DNA of 64,000 nt from a virus. The notes under the pieces were generated by a model, which saw only the letters and a list, made by a program, of their open reading frames with translations, searched no databases and had not been told where the DNA came from. The translations under genes and the position numbers were made by a program. Numbering within the stretch: the first letter of the stretch is position 1; the number at the start of each line of letters is the position of its first letter. Location: IMG/VR virus record IMGVR_UViG_3300044655_001643. The stretch is one strand, 5' to 3'. This document shows, piece by piece, positions 7,185 through 16,778 of this stretch.

Positions 7185-10150
7185 ATGTAGTTTCTCTTTT
7201 TGAATGTTGTAAGTGAGATACCTTTTTTCTTCAACTCATCTTCTTTTTGATCGCCGATGCTTGCTGTTGTTTCATCGCCAGTCAATTCACTAATATTCTT
7301 TGGCACAACTTGTGTTGCTTTGCCCTTTTTGCTCAACTTCTCACCCATATCTCTTGCTGGTGATTCACCTGCACCAGCCATAGAAATGCCAGGCTCTATT
7401 CCTCTGTCGATTGACTCTTCGACTTTCTTCTGGAAGTTTTCTTTGATGGTGCTGAGACTGATGGTTCTTCTTCCTTCGGCAACGGGTTTGTCGGCGCTGG
7501 GTTTGTCTTTTCTTCCAAAACCGGTTCGAACTTTTCCAAGTTCTTTGGCTGACGGGGTGGACATATTCTGTCCATAAATTGCTTCAATAGCATTATCACT
7601 CGGTGAATAAAGCCCATGTCTTTCCTCTCTAAGTTTTACAGCGTACTTGTTGCCGACTTTTACAACAGTACCATTTTTCTGATGTGCTTCTTTTGCTGCT
7701 GTGCCACGAATGTAAAACAATCTTGGCTTGCCATTTTTGTCTGATAGAAGTTTTTGTTTTGTCTCTGTTTCTTCAAACTGTTTACCAATCAACTTTGTGC
7801 CAGAAACATGTTGAATCATTTTCCATGCTTCTTTGTGATTTTTGTTTGCTAAATGTTCTTTGAACTTTTTCTTTTGTTCATCGGTTGCTTTCTGATGAAA
7901 CTTCATGACTTCCATCATGCCGATGTTGCCTTCATATGCTGCTTCACTGATTTTGCCTTTGCCAAAACTTGATACATTGATTGGCTCACCCTTACGCTCT
8001 GGATTTGGATCGTGACGGCGTTTAGCAGCAACGGCAGATGCTCTTTCTTTCTTACTCAATGATGCACGTTTTTCGTTTGACATACATTTTGGTTTTGCTT
8101 CACCGGGTTCTCTAGCACAAGGACCAATTGCTTCACCTTTGCTATTGATGCGTTTCCAACCACCTTTTGGATGTTTTGGATCGAACCATTGACGTAAATC
8201 TTCTTTGATGAGTGGTGTGCCAAGTCTCAGTAGATTGTATGCACCTGGATCTGACATTGTATTGATATCTTGTTGCTCTTCTTCTGCCATCTCAACTTCA
8301 TCAGTTTTGAGTAACCGAATTGTTTTTGTTACTTCTTCTACAGTGTCACCAGTAATTGTAACTGTTACTGCTTCGTTGATAAACTTATCGAAACTATCAT
8401 TGACATTTTCTTTTTTCAGTTTACCGGAACTGCCAGCAACAGGCATGTTCTCAATTCTCTTTTGATGTGTTTCAACTGTCTTAGCAATCTTATCAACTGG
8501 CACTAAACTACCATGTACCGAACGATGTGTGACATGACCATCTTTACCGTAACGGCCGAAACCGTAATATTCTAATCCATTTTTCTGCATATCTTCGTGT
8601 GATCCTGCATCACCATGCGGCTGAACATCACGACGAATTGGTGCTGTATCTTTCTTACCTAATTCTGTTGCAATCCAACCTTTTGCTTCATCGTTCTTTG
8701 GTGGTGCAGCAACAAACTTTTGCATTGTCTTGAATATGCCATCAAGTTCTTTATTCTTTGCTTCAGCAACTTCTGGTGCCGCTGTACGTAAATCATCTGA
8801 GTTATCATACTCAATGTATTTGTCACGGAACAGTTTTGCGAATTGTGGTCGAGCATCTTGAACTGATTGCCATTTTTCTTTACGAATATCTTCTGGCACA
8901 GTACGACCGCCACGTTGACCACGTTCGATGTTTCTCTGCTTCGAAACTTCGTCTGCTGTATTGACCATGACCATGTGTGTATCATAGCCTATCTTTTCGA
9001 GCATCTCTTTTATCTTCAGGTATTTTTCGGGATCATCACCTGTGCCATTGATGATCAGACCATTGCGACCATGAAGTGCTAATCTTTGGCGCAACTCAGT
9101 TACATTCTTGGCACGTTTACGAACAGCATTACGTTGTGCTTCTTCGTTGCCTGGCATTGTTTTATCCAGACCTTCTTTGTCCATCAGATACTCAAGTGCT
9201 TTGTCTGAATTGATTTCAGTCAGACCATGACCATCTAATGTTTTTGATAGAACAAAATCTTTACCAGAACCGGGACCACCGCCTAAGAATACTGCTTTGA
9301 AAATACCTTTATCATGCACACCTTCAGTCAGTGTTTCTTCTTTGACTGTGTGATAATATGCTTCAGCATCTTTTTTGGATTTGAATGTTCTTTTTTGAGA
9401 TGAAACTGTGCCGTGAACTTCATACTCAACATGGTCAGAAGTTCTTCCAGATGGATTTGTTTTGCGAACAATCTTTGGCTCAGTCTTTACTGGTTTGATC
9501 ACATACTTACTAAATCTGCTCAAATCATTTTCATTGAGATCAACATCCTCTTTGATACTCATACCTTTGCGAACATCATTGAACATTTGTTTGACATGAG
9601 AATGTGACATTGTTGATGGTGCACCTTTTTTGAAATCTTCTAAGTTACCATTCTTGGCATGTTCACGCATCTTTGATGCTGAGATACCAGTTACACCTTC
9701 GGCATCTGGATCACGTTCGCCAGCAGAATGCACAGTAATTTTTTTGAAATTGAAACGGGCACCTTCATGTGTGCCATTATATTTGTGAAGCAAACGGTGA
9801 TATTCTTCCACACGGTCAGAACCACCGACCATGTGTAGATGCGTTACGCCTTGCTTGTGAAGTTTTTCAGCATGGTCAAAAAAAGTAGGCGCTTCTTTTG
9901 ATGACGCTGTGAAGTTGGTGCCAGGAAAAGCACGACTGGCATGTTTTACTTTTTGTTCTGCTGAGAGGGGATTCTTCTTTGCATCCTGTGAGTGTGACAG
10001 GACTATGTGATGTGAGCCACCAACTTTGGTAGCAATATCTTTGACTTTATCAACCAACTTCTGATGACCAGAAGTGATTGGATTCATACGCCCAAAGGCT
10101 AAAACGGCATGTTTTTCTTTCTGTTCACGCAGAAAATCTCTAAATTTCAT
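7181..10150 (-). CDS. multidomain protein: cytidylyltransferase-like (HxGH superfamily) domain, P-loop kinase (zeta-toxin/AAA_33-like) and small basic modules
   Basis: FGRMNPITSGHQKL, GGSDR and SASKMRE motifs; GGGPGSGKD Walker A and IINGTG; MKFRDFLRE start. Confidence 0.8.
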   Translation of the reverse strand: MKFRDFLREQKEKHAVLAFGRMNPITSGHQKLVDKVKDIATKVGGSHHIVLSHSQDAKKNPLSAEQKVKHASRAFPGTNFTASSKEAPTFFDHAEKLHKQGVTHLHMVGGSDRVEEYHRLLHKYNGTHEGARFNFKKITVHSAGERDPDAEGVTGISASKMREHAKNGNLEDFKKGAPSTMSHSHVKQMFNDVRKGMSIKEDVDLNENDLSRFSKYVIKPVKTEPKIVRKTNPSGRTSDHVEYEVHGTVSSQKRTFKSKKDAEAYYHTVKEETLTEGVHDKGIFKAVFLGGGPGSGKDFVLSKTLDGHGLTEINSDKALEYLMDKEGLDKTMPGNEEAQRNAVRKRAKNVTELRQRLALHGRNGLIINGTGDDPEKYLKIKEMLEKIGYDTHMVMVNTADEVSKQRNIERGQRGGRTVPEDIRKEKWQSVQDARPQFAKLFRDKYIEYDNSDDLRTAAPEVAEAKNKELDGIFKTMQKFVAAPPKNDEAKGWIATELGKKDTAPIRRDVQPHGDAGSHEDMQKNGLEYYGFGRYGKDGHVTHRSVHGSLVPVDKIAKTVETHQKRIENMPVAGSSGKLKKENVNDSFDKFINEAVTVTITGDTVEEVTKTIRLLKTDEVEMAEEEQQDINTMSDPGAYNLLRLGTPLIKEDLRQWFDPKHPKGGWKRINSKGEAIGPCAREPGEAKPKCMSNEKRASLSKKERASAVAAKRRHDPNPERKGEPINVSSFGKGKISEAAYEGNIGMMEVMKFHQKATDEQKKKFKEHLANKNHKEAWKMIQHVSGTKLIGKQFEETETKQKLLSDKNGKPRLFYIRGTAAKEAHQKNGTVVKVGNKYAVKLREERHGLYSPSDNAIEAIYGQNMSTPSAKELGKVRTGFGRKDKPSADKPVAEGRRTISLSTIKENFQKKVEESIDRGIEPGISMAGAGESPARDMGEKLSKKGKATQVVPKNISELTGDETTASIGDQKEDELKKKGISLTTFKKRNYI

Positions 10151-10182
10151 ATTCCCCCGCCTCTACAGCAGTTGTTTTATGT

Positions 10183-10196
10183 TATTTAGTATTTAG
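10183..10196 (-). promoter_or_regulatory. tandem late-promoter variants (CTAAATA x2)
   Basis: Same variant precedes gp18 and gp19; lies upstream of the 989-aa gene. Confidence 0.55.
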
Positions 10197-10903
10197 TAGA
10201 TTTCTAGCGCACCTGTGCCAGCCACAGTGCCACGGCAATGAATAGTATCTAATTCTATGAGTTTATCAGAATCTATGTTGAAAAAGTGAGCATGTTCAGT
10301 GTCAACACCAGTATCCATGATGACATCAATGTTTCTTCTGCAAGCAATAGCATAGTCATCTATAAGACTTGGACAGAAAGAGAATAATCGAGTAATCAAC
10401 AAGTCGGTAAATGTTTCTTGACGTTCGCCTTGTAGCCATGTTGGCATACGTTTCTTGAACACGTACTTACCAAAATGATTGTGTTCATTCACATCAAAGC
10501 CTTCATCTATGTCAGTTCTTCCTGATAGTTTGTAGATTCTACTGACAGATTGTAACAGTCGCATCATTCCTTGTTCGTATTTTAGAACAGACAATACTTT
10601 CAGCATCAACACATTTTCTGCTTCACTTTTACGACCAGTTGAAGCAAACTGAGAGATATCTTTATCGCCAGAAAAATCAGCAACTAGATCAACCAATGCT
10701 TGCATCTGCTCATACTTCTCGACCTCAACCTTTTCTGGCGAACCATCAGCAAGTAAAATGATTGCTTCTGGACACCTTTCACGTAATGATAGCAAACCAT
10801 CTAATGTTTGTTGAAGTCTAAGATCACGATTGATGACACCCATTTGAGGATTCAAAGCAGATGTTACAATAAACAACTGTTTGTTTGGTATTATTGATGC
10901 CAT
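10193..10903 (-). CDS. hypothetical protein, possibly glycosyltransferase-like
   Basis: 236 aa; FIVTSAL...YKLSGR pattern seen in glycan gene clusters; last gene of the cyclase cluster. Confidence 0.5.
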   Translation of the reverse strand: MASIIPNKQLFIVTSALNPQMGVINRDLRLQQTLDGLLSLRERCPEAIILLADGSPEKVEVEKYEQMQALVDLVADFSGDKDISQFASTGRKSEAENVLMLKVLSVLKYEQGMMRLLQSVSRIYKLSGRTDIDEGFDVNEHNHFGKYVFKKRMPTWLQGERQETFTDLLITRLFSFCPSLIDDYAIACRRNIDVIMDTGVDTEHAHFFNIDSDKLIELDTIHCRGTVAGTGALEIY

Positions 10904-11559
10904 TCTGACTCCGGAAATACTTTCACTGTTTTATAAATTGACTTTGATTTGATTACATGCATAATCAAGTCTGTAACTTCTTTTACTTCCATTAGTTTTT
11001 GTTTATTTGGATTTGTATTCTGCATCGGTGTTTCCATGCCACCAGGATGGATGCTTGTCACTTTGATTTTTCTGCTTCTTAGTTCTTTGCCAATGATACC
11101 AGCAAATGCAGTAAGAGCATGTTTTGATGCTGCATAGACTGCTTCATTTTCTATCTCATATAAGCCAGCAACAGAATTGATGAATATAATATTTGATTCA
11201 TCGTTCATAAAATCTAATGCTTCATTGGTCACATACATTGTGCCTTTGACATTTGTATCAATTATTTTATCAATTTTCTTTGATGTAAATTTGCCAAACT
11301 CACCACACTCAAATACACCAGCGTTGTTTACAAGCACATCAATATAAGAGCCAATATGTTTGAATGCTATCTTGACTTCTTCGGCATCTGTGATATCACA
11401 TTCAATCCATTCAAATGTATCTGGATATGAATATAAACTCATAGATGGTTGTGAACGTGACAGCCCATAAACAAAATAGCCTTCATCAATGAGTTTATCA
11501 CAAATTTCATAACCCAGTCCATAACTACAACCAGTCACCACAGCAATTTTACGCATCAA
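10891..11559 (-). CDS. short-chain dehydrogenase/reductase (SDR)
   Basis: TGCSYGLG, NNAG and YAASK motifs. Confidence 0.9.
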   Translation of the reverse strand: MMRKIAVVTGCSYGLGYEICDKLIDEGYFVYGLSRSQPSMSLYSYPDTFEWIECDITDAEEVKIAFKHIGSYIDVLVNNAGVFECGEFGKFTSKKIDKIIDTNVKGTMYVTNEALDFMNDESNIIFINSVAGLYEIENEAVYAASKHALTAFAGIIGKELRSRKIKVTSIHPGGMETPMQNTNPNKQKLMEVKEVTDLIMHVIKSKSIYKTVKVFPESEWHQ

Positions 11560-12692
11560 ATCTCCTCAAAAACATCAATCGCCAGTTTCATTTCATCTTC
11601 AGTGACATCATTTACAATCTTGTAGTTACCAATACTGATTGGCAATGGTACGTACTGATTGCCATTACGATGTTTTGTGGCATCACGCAGGCTTTCTAAC
11701 AACATCTTCATGTTTGTGAAGTCGGGATGAAATGTTTTGAGTTTCAATCTTTTTGCAACATTGAAAATTCTTCCGAGTTCATCGGTGCCAATGTAGCCAC
11801 GAATAAATGAAATGCATGAACTATACAGGCAATCAAGTGCCACTGCTTCACCATGCAGTAGATTTGGTATATTTGCCATCTCAATTACAGGGCTAAATGT
11901 GTGACCAAAATCTACGCAACGATCAAGTCGTTTTTCCCATAAATTTGGACCAAGCTCTGCAATCATATCTGTGATAGCAAGATTGATGACACGAACTGGC
12001 ACTGCACCATACTGAAACTTTTCGTCAATCAACATCTCAGCATTTTCTTCTAGCAACTGAAATAGTTCTGGTGATTTGATCACAGCAAGTTTGAATATCT
12101 CTGCTATACCATTGACAATCTCACGTTCACTTTGTGTCTTGATGAACTTCTTGTCGATATAAGTTGCAACTGGTGGATAATATGCACCGATTCGATTACG
12201 GCGACCAAGATGATTGACTGCTACTTTTGAACCGACGGAGGCATCAACAATCGCCAGAAGTGTTGTGGGGATTTTGATATATGGAATTCCACGACGATAA
12301 ACGCTGCAAGCAAACCCAACAATGTCAAGCAAGACACCACCACCAATGGATAATACTTCTTCACGGCGTAACACTCCATTCTGTTCAAAGAACTCTAAGA
12401 TGCGATCAAGGTTTTTCCAAGTTTTATTTTCTTCTTTACAATCAACACAAAGAAGGTTCATTGTCAGTTTATTGACATGAAAGTATTCTTCTAACTTATC
12501 TTTATAAAGATCATAAACTTCAGCATCAATTACAATGATTCTACGATTGCTCGTAGACAGATTGACAATATCTTTGTTTTCTGGATTGAATATATCTGCT
12601 GAGTACGTAAGTTTGAATTCAACTGGCAGTTCTGTTTTTACTGACCAAGTTCGTTTGAACTTGTCATAATCCATCATGAAATCTTCACTCAT
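11556..12692 (-). CDS. sedoheptulose 7-phosphate cyclase, 2-epi-5-epi-valiolone synthase (EEVS)-like
   Basis: DHQS fold (GGGVLLDIVG, IPTTLLAIVDASVG, HGEAV) plus EEVS-type ELGPNLWE..LDRCVDFGHTFSP. Confidence 0.85.
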   Translation of the reverse strand: MSEDFMMDYDKFKRTWSVKTELPVEFKLTYSADIFNPENKDIVNLSTSNRRIIVIDAEVYDLYKDKLEEYFHVNKLTMNLLCVDCKEENKTWKNLDRILEFFEQNGVLRREEVLSIGGGVLLDIVGFACSVYRRGIPYIKIPTTLLAIVDASVGSKVAVNHLGRRNRIGAYYPPVATYIDKKFIKTQSEREIVNGIAEIFKLAVIKSPELFQLLEENAEMLIDEKFQYGAVPVRVINLAITDMIAELGPNLWEKRLDRCVDFGHTFSPVIEMANIPNLLHGEAVALDCLYSSCISFIRGYIGTDELGRIFNVAKRLKLKTFHPDFTNMKMLLESLRDATKHRNGNQYVPLPISIGNYKIVNDVTEDEMKLAIDVFEEI

Positions 12693-13642
12693 ATCATTAC
12701 CTTACGCAACAATCTACAAGCATGAACATAAAAATACTTTGCTTTATCTACATCACCAGCAAGCAACTTGAAAGGAAGCATACGAATAAACTGTGTTGCT
12801 TCAAGTATATCTATGAGTTGCATTTTATCTTCAGGAAGATTACTGATGAAGTGCTTGTTGAATATCTCAAAGTTTTCCGGCACAGGATTTGGATTAGAAA
12901 CATCATAACCCACAACACGAACACCTTTATCGTTGATGTAGCCATAATGACTTCGTGAACACTGAAGAACTTGTGAGTAGTCAAGATACTTTGTGTTCCA
13001 CATGCTTTCATCATAAACATCAATGAAGATTACACGATTTTCTTCAAATGAATACAGAATGTTTTCAAGTGTAGGATTGCCATGAATGTTATGTCCTTCA
13101 GTATCTTCTATTTCTCTGAAGTAATTCTCAAGATCATAAAGATAGCCAGCAATGCCTGTAATGATTTCATTATCAAATTCATGTGTGCCATTGTAGAAGA
13201 AATCTTCAAAAGATTGAATTCTTACAGAGTCCATTATCTTCTGTTCAACTTCTTCACGATAGTATAACTTAGGACAACCTTTTGCTATTTCAGAAGAATG
13301 TGAATGAATTGTGTCTAGACCTTTCCAGACAGCAGAACTAATATTGAAAATTTGATCCTCTGTCAAATTGTCTTGACTGAGAATTGTTTTGATGTCACGA
13401 AAGTTTTGAAAGTATTCAATATCAAACCAAGCAGTATCACTGTTAGCACCGACATCAAGCACTTTAGGAAACAAACCAGGATAAAGTGAATTATATCTTT
13501 GCAGTTTCATTAGTTGTGAATACCAACGCATGAAACCATACTCACGATTCTGCTTTCTTGATACTTCTTTTCTGACGATGTTTTGATGTGGCACAATGTA
13601 AGTCTTACTCAATGAGCCACCTTTCAGTGGAATAGTATTCAT
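12689..13642 (-). CDS. APH/choline-kinase-like phosphotransferase
   Basis: LKGGSLS Gly-rich start; HGNPTLENIL and IFID motifs. Confidence 0.65.
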   Translation of the reverse strand: MNTIPLKGGSLSKTYIVPHQNIVRKEVSRKQNREYGFMRWYSQLMKLQRYNSLYPGLFPKVLDVGANSDTAWFDIEYFQNFRDIKTILSQDNLTEDQIFNISSAVWKGLDTIHSHSSEIAKGCPKLYYREEVEQKIMDSVRIQSFEDFFYNGTHEFDNEIITGIAGYLYDLENYFREIEDTEGHNIHGNPTLENILYSFEENRVIFIDVYDESMWNTKYLDYSQVLQCSRSHYGYINDKGVRVVGYDVSNPNPVPENFEIFNKHFISNLPEDKMQLIDILEATQFIRMLPFKLLAGDVDKAKYFYVHACRLLRKVMI

Positions 13643-14370
13643 CTTGCACCTAATGTTTGTCTTGCTATCTCAATTCCATATTCTTGTGGACTACCCAAAA
13701 CGATTGTGTCTTGATAATTGCCAAGGCCATTCATGCAACTTCGCATATCATTCTTCAACATACTCTGAATAACATCTGAAATATACAACTCATCTCTCTC
13801 TTGAACAACACTGTGACATTCATTCAAATATAAAGATGCTGATGAGAAGCCATATAGACCAGATGATGCATACGGAGATATTTGTTTCTTCTCTACAATC
13901 TCAGTAACTATTCCTTCATAAGCACGAACATAAGAATATTTTGGTGAGTTACCCACAAATACATCAACATAGACATCGTACCAATCGTTCATCTGTTTCA
14001 CAATTTCTTCAAATTTACGACCAGTAAGAATCGTATCTGCATTGTGAACAAACGTAGGCAACATCATGTGTTCAATTTGTGTCATGCCTATTGCTGCTGT
14101 ATGTGCTTGACCTTTTGTGTCGCCAATATAAAGAATGTTTTCACCATTCAAACCTAAAGGTTGAATTGCTTCAATTAGTTGATTGCTGAAATATTTGTCT
14201 CTGTTATTTGCTACAAGAACAGTTTGTCGTGTTGGTCCTAGATTTTTTAGAATTTCATGAATGATAGTTGTGCCGTTCCAAGGCAGCAGATACTTTGGAA
14301 TATCAAAGCCAACATCATGAAAGCGGGTGTTATAACCCGCCATGCAAATAATAAGATTTACTTCAGCCAT
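13639..14370 (-). CDS. sugar-phosphate nucleotidyltransferase (NTP_transferase family)
   Basis: MAGYNTRF...PKYLLP, TKGQAHT, HNAD and IVEKK motifs. Confidence 0.8.
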   Translation of the reverse strand: MAEVNLIICMAGYNTRFHDVGFDIPKYLLPWNGTTIIHEILKNLGPTRQTVLVANNRDKYFSNQLIEAIQPLGLNGENILYIGDTKGQAHTAAIGMTQIEHMMLPTFVHNADTILTGRKFEEIVKQMNDWYDVYVDVFVGNSPKYSYVRAYEGIVTEIVEKKQISPYASSGLYGFSSASLYLNECHSVVQERDELYISDVIQSMLKNDMRSCMNGLGNYQDTIVLGSPQEYGIEIARQTLGAR

Positions 14371-15071
14371 TCTTCCATATCATTTCGTAAAAGGGAATGC
14401 CATGTGCTGTTGTATTCACCAGGTGAAAATGGATGATTTACATCACAGTAAACAAGATTTTCACCAACAAGTCCATGTCTCTTCCAGTTAGCACTCATAA
14501 AATCTTCCATCATGTATTGTACACCAGAATCATAGAACTCGTCAATATGATTATAGGCATCTGCATACTTGTCCATATTTTCTGATGATGAGAACGCAAA
14601 TTGGTCATTACCAAAATCACGATTGGGTGTCATACGACAATTCGGAATGTGTAACTTGCTGTTATCAAGTTCTCCAAATGGTATACGAACATTGATTGCA
14701 AAGTCAAAACGTGACCGAATAACCCAATCAAACTTCATGTTATGATATTCTTCGTACTCACGCTTTGTTCGCATACACTCTTTGATTGCATACAATTGTG
14801 CAAATGTTGACATACGACCATCTTTTACTTTCCAGTTTGGTGATGGTGGCGGTGTGTTTGTATACTTTGACAAATCAACTGTAGGATTTGGTGATGTAAT
14901 GAAACTGTGTGCATTATACTTTGCAGAAATTTCTTGCATCTGTTCACCAGGCATTTCCCATGAGTGTAGAAACACAGTTACATCATTGTCTCTGATAATG
15001 TTTTCGTAGTGATATGCATGACCTTTTTCCCACATACGTGGTTGGCCCGAAATACACAGTGCTATTTTCAT
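14358..15071 (-). CDS. putative glycosyltransferase-like protein
   Basis: KIALCISGQPR...FDWVIRSRFD...NDQFA pattern common in viral glycan clusters. Confidence 0.55.
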   Translation of the reverse strand: MKIALCISGQPRMWEKGHAYHYENIIRDNDVTVFLHSWEMPGEQMQEISAKYNAHSFITSPNPTVDLSKYTNTPPPSPNWKVKDGRMSTFAQLYAIKECMRTKREYEEYHNMKFDWVIRSRFDFAINVRIPFGELDNSKLHIPNCRMTPNRDFGNDQFAFSSSENMDKYADAYNHIDEFYDSGVQYMMEDFMSANWKRHGLVGENLVYCDVNHPFSPGEYNSTWHSLLRNDMEEWLK

Positions 15072-15748
15072 AGTTCTCTTCCTACGTTTGCTTTGTTGTC
15101 TGTTACACCGAAAGGTTTCAAATGTTCTTTCTCCATAACAACCATTGAGTTGTAGAATGCAACTGAATAAAGATTGTTATATGTGTTCAGCACATTCCCA
15201 TCGATTGGTGTACCTTGAAAGTGTTGTTGATTGAGAATATCAGTTACACGTTTTGAATGCTCTGTAAATGTACCCGCACCACGGAATACGCCACCCCACG
15301 GCTGAGGCCAGTAACTAGTGTGAGTATCTTCACAAACAAATACGCCACCTTCTTTGATGTGTGGAAATACTTTGTTCAATGTTGTAATTTGATGATTCAT
15401 TACATGTGAGCCATCATCAATGACAATATCAAACTTGTTTTGTGTTTTCAGAAATTCATCCCAGAATGCAGGATCACTTTGGTCACCCATCACAATTTTG
15501 ACATCACCAGTGTATTCATACTTCAAACAATCTTCATTGATATCAAGACCAACAACTGATGTGCCAGGTCCAAAGTATTTCAACCACAGTTCGATTGAAC
15601 CACCACCAAGAATACCAATTTCTAAGATGCGTGGTGCTTTACCAACAAACTTTTTTAGATGTCTTTCATATACATCAAAGTAGCCTGACCACTTGGTAGA
15701 TGGTTTATCTAATTCCCAAAATAATTCTTTGATTCTATTTGTCGTCAT
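15068..15748 (-). CDS. class I SAM-dependent methyltransferase (MycE/TylE sugar O-methyltransferase-like)
   Basis: RILEIGILGGGS, GDQSD, FDIVIDDGSH and EDTHTSYW motifs; start probably MTTN at 15748. Confidence 0.8.
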   Translation of the reverse strand: MTTNRIKELFWELDKPSTKWSGYFDVYERHLKKFVGKAPRILEIGILGGGSIELWLKYFGPGTSVVGLDINEDCLKYEYTGDVKIVMGDQSDPAFWDEFLKTQNKFDIVIDDGSHVMNHQITTLNKVFPHIKEGGVFVCEDTHTSYWPQPWGGVFRGAGTFTEHSKRVTDILNQQHFQGTPIDGNVLNTYNNLYSVAFYNSMVVMEKEHLKPFGVTDNKANVGREL

Positions 15749-16577
15749 ATTTTGCCTCAATCACTTTTCGCCATTCTGGTACACGATCATACTGATGAAC
15801 TATAGTATACTCTATTCCTTCTGAAGTTACAACTTTATCACCCTCTAATTTCGGTGATGGTTCAAGTAAATGCGGTCTAAATGATTCAATCTTACTTGGA
15901 TCGGCAGTTGTGCCTAGCTGACATGCCCAACCAGATTCTGAATTCGTATACTGACTTGTTTTCAGATATGGATGTCTTGAAATAAGGAAGTTGAAAACTG
16001 CTTGATCAACGATTGGTATTGGACGATTGATTGAGTTGACAAACAAATTCAACAACAAATCTTTCATTGCGTATGCACGACCAGCAAGAACACCTACATT
16101 GAAAATCGTGTTATTCTTGAAGTCATCATAAATTCCTTGACCAAAACATTGTGTGAGATTTTCTTTACCCCATGGTTCATCTTTATATTTCATACTCTCA
16201 GAAGCAAACACCAAATCTTCTGAGTCTGATAAATTCTCTTCTAGCCACTTAGATGGATTCTTTTGAAAGATTACATCTTTTACATCAGTGGTAATTGCAA
16301 ATCTGTATTCGTTGGATTTGAGTAATTTGTAAATGTGGACAAAACGTTCAACATGTACCATCAAATGAGATTGATATGTGAGGTTACCTTCACCATCTTG
16401 ATTGAATGCTATGATTGAGAAGCCTGCGTCACTTACTTTCTGTACAGTGTTTTTGTCGCAGTTCATGAGAATCAGAACTTTATCACCCTCAAAGCCTGAT
16501 TGATTGATTGAATTTACCCAGTATTTCAAAGTTGACCAAGTGTAATTGGTCGCACAGCCTACGATCACGTCCTTCAT
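15735..16577 (-). CDS. GT-A-fold glycosyltransferase-like protein
   Basis: TTDVKDVIFQ (DxxD), NVGVLAG, DQAVFN and IVHQYDR motifs. Confidence 0.6.
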   Translation of the reverse strand: MKDVIVGCATNYTWSTLKYWVNSINQSGFEGDKVLILMNCDKNTVQKVSDAGFSIIAFNQDGEGNLTYQSHLMVHVERFVHIYKLLKSNEYRFAITTDVKDVIFQKNPSKWLEENLSDSEDLVFASESMKYKDEPWGKENLTQCFGQGIYDDFKNNTIFNVGVLAGRAYAMKDLLLNLFVNSINRPIPIVDQAVFNFLISRHPYLKTSQYTNSESGWACQLGTTADPSKIESFRPHLLEPSPKLEGDKVVTSEGIEYTIVHQYDRVPEWRKVIEAKYDDK

Positions 16578-16592
16578 AATATCTCCAATGAT

Positions 16593-16778
16593 TTATTTTC
16601 TGTCTGTCAAATTCCAGTTAGTTGTAAATTTTCTATATTGTTGCTTGCTCTGACCTGGTGTGTCATCAACATATTTAGCAGTCGATTCTGGTCGACCCCA
16701 TTCACCTGCACCAGCTTGTGAGACAAACTCTTGTGGTTGAGTCTTATCTACCTTTAGAAAATCTTTGAATGTTTTCAT
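16593..16778 (-). CDS. small protein with capsid-targeting-like N-terminus
   Basis: Start MKTFKDFLK; GAGEWG...DTPGQ. Confidence 0.6.
   Translation of the reverse strand: MKTFKDFLKVDKTQPQEFVSQAGAGEWGRPESTAKYVDDTPGQSKQQYRKFTTNWNLTDRK

Noticed and set aside
11556-12692. Annotation as 3-dehydroquinate synthase (aroB) or DDGS of mycosporine synthesis
   Set aside because: The active-site segment is EEVS-type (RCVDFGH), and no shikimate genes or ATP-grasp MysC/MysD genes lie nearby.
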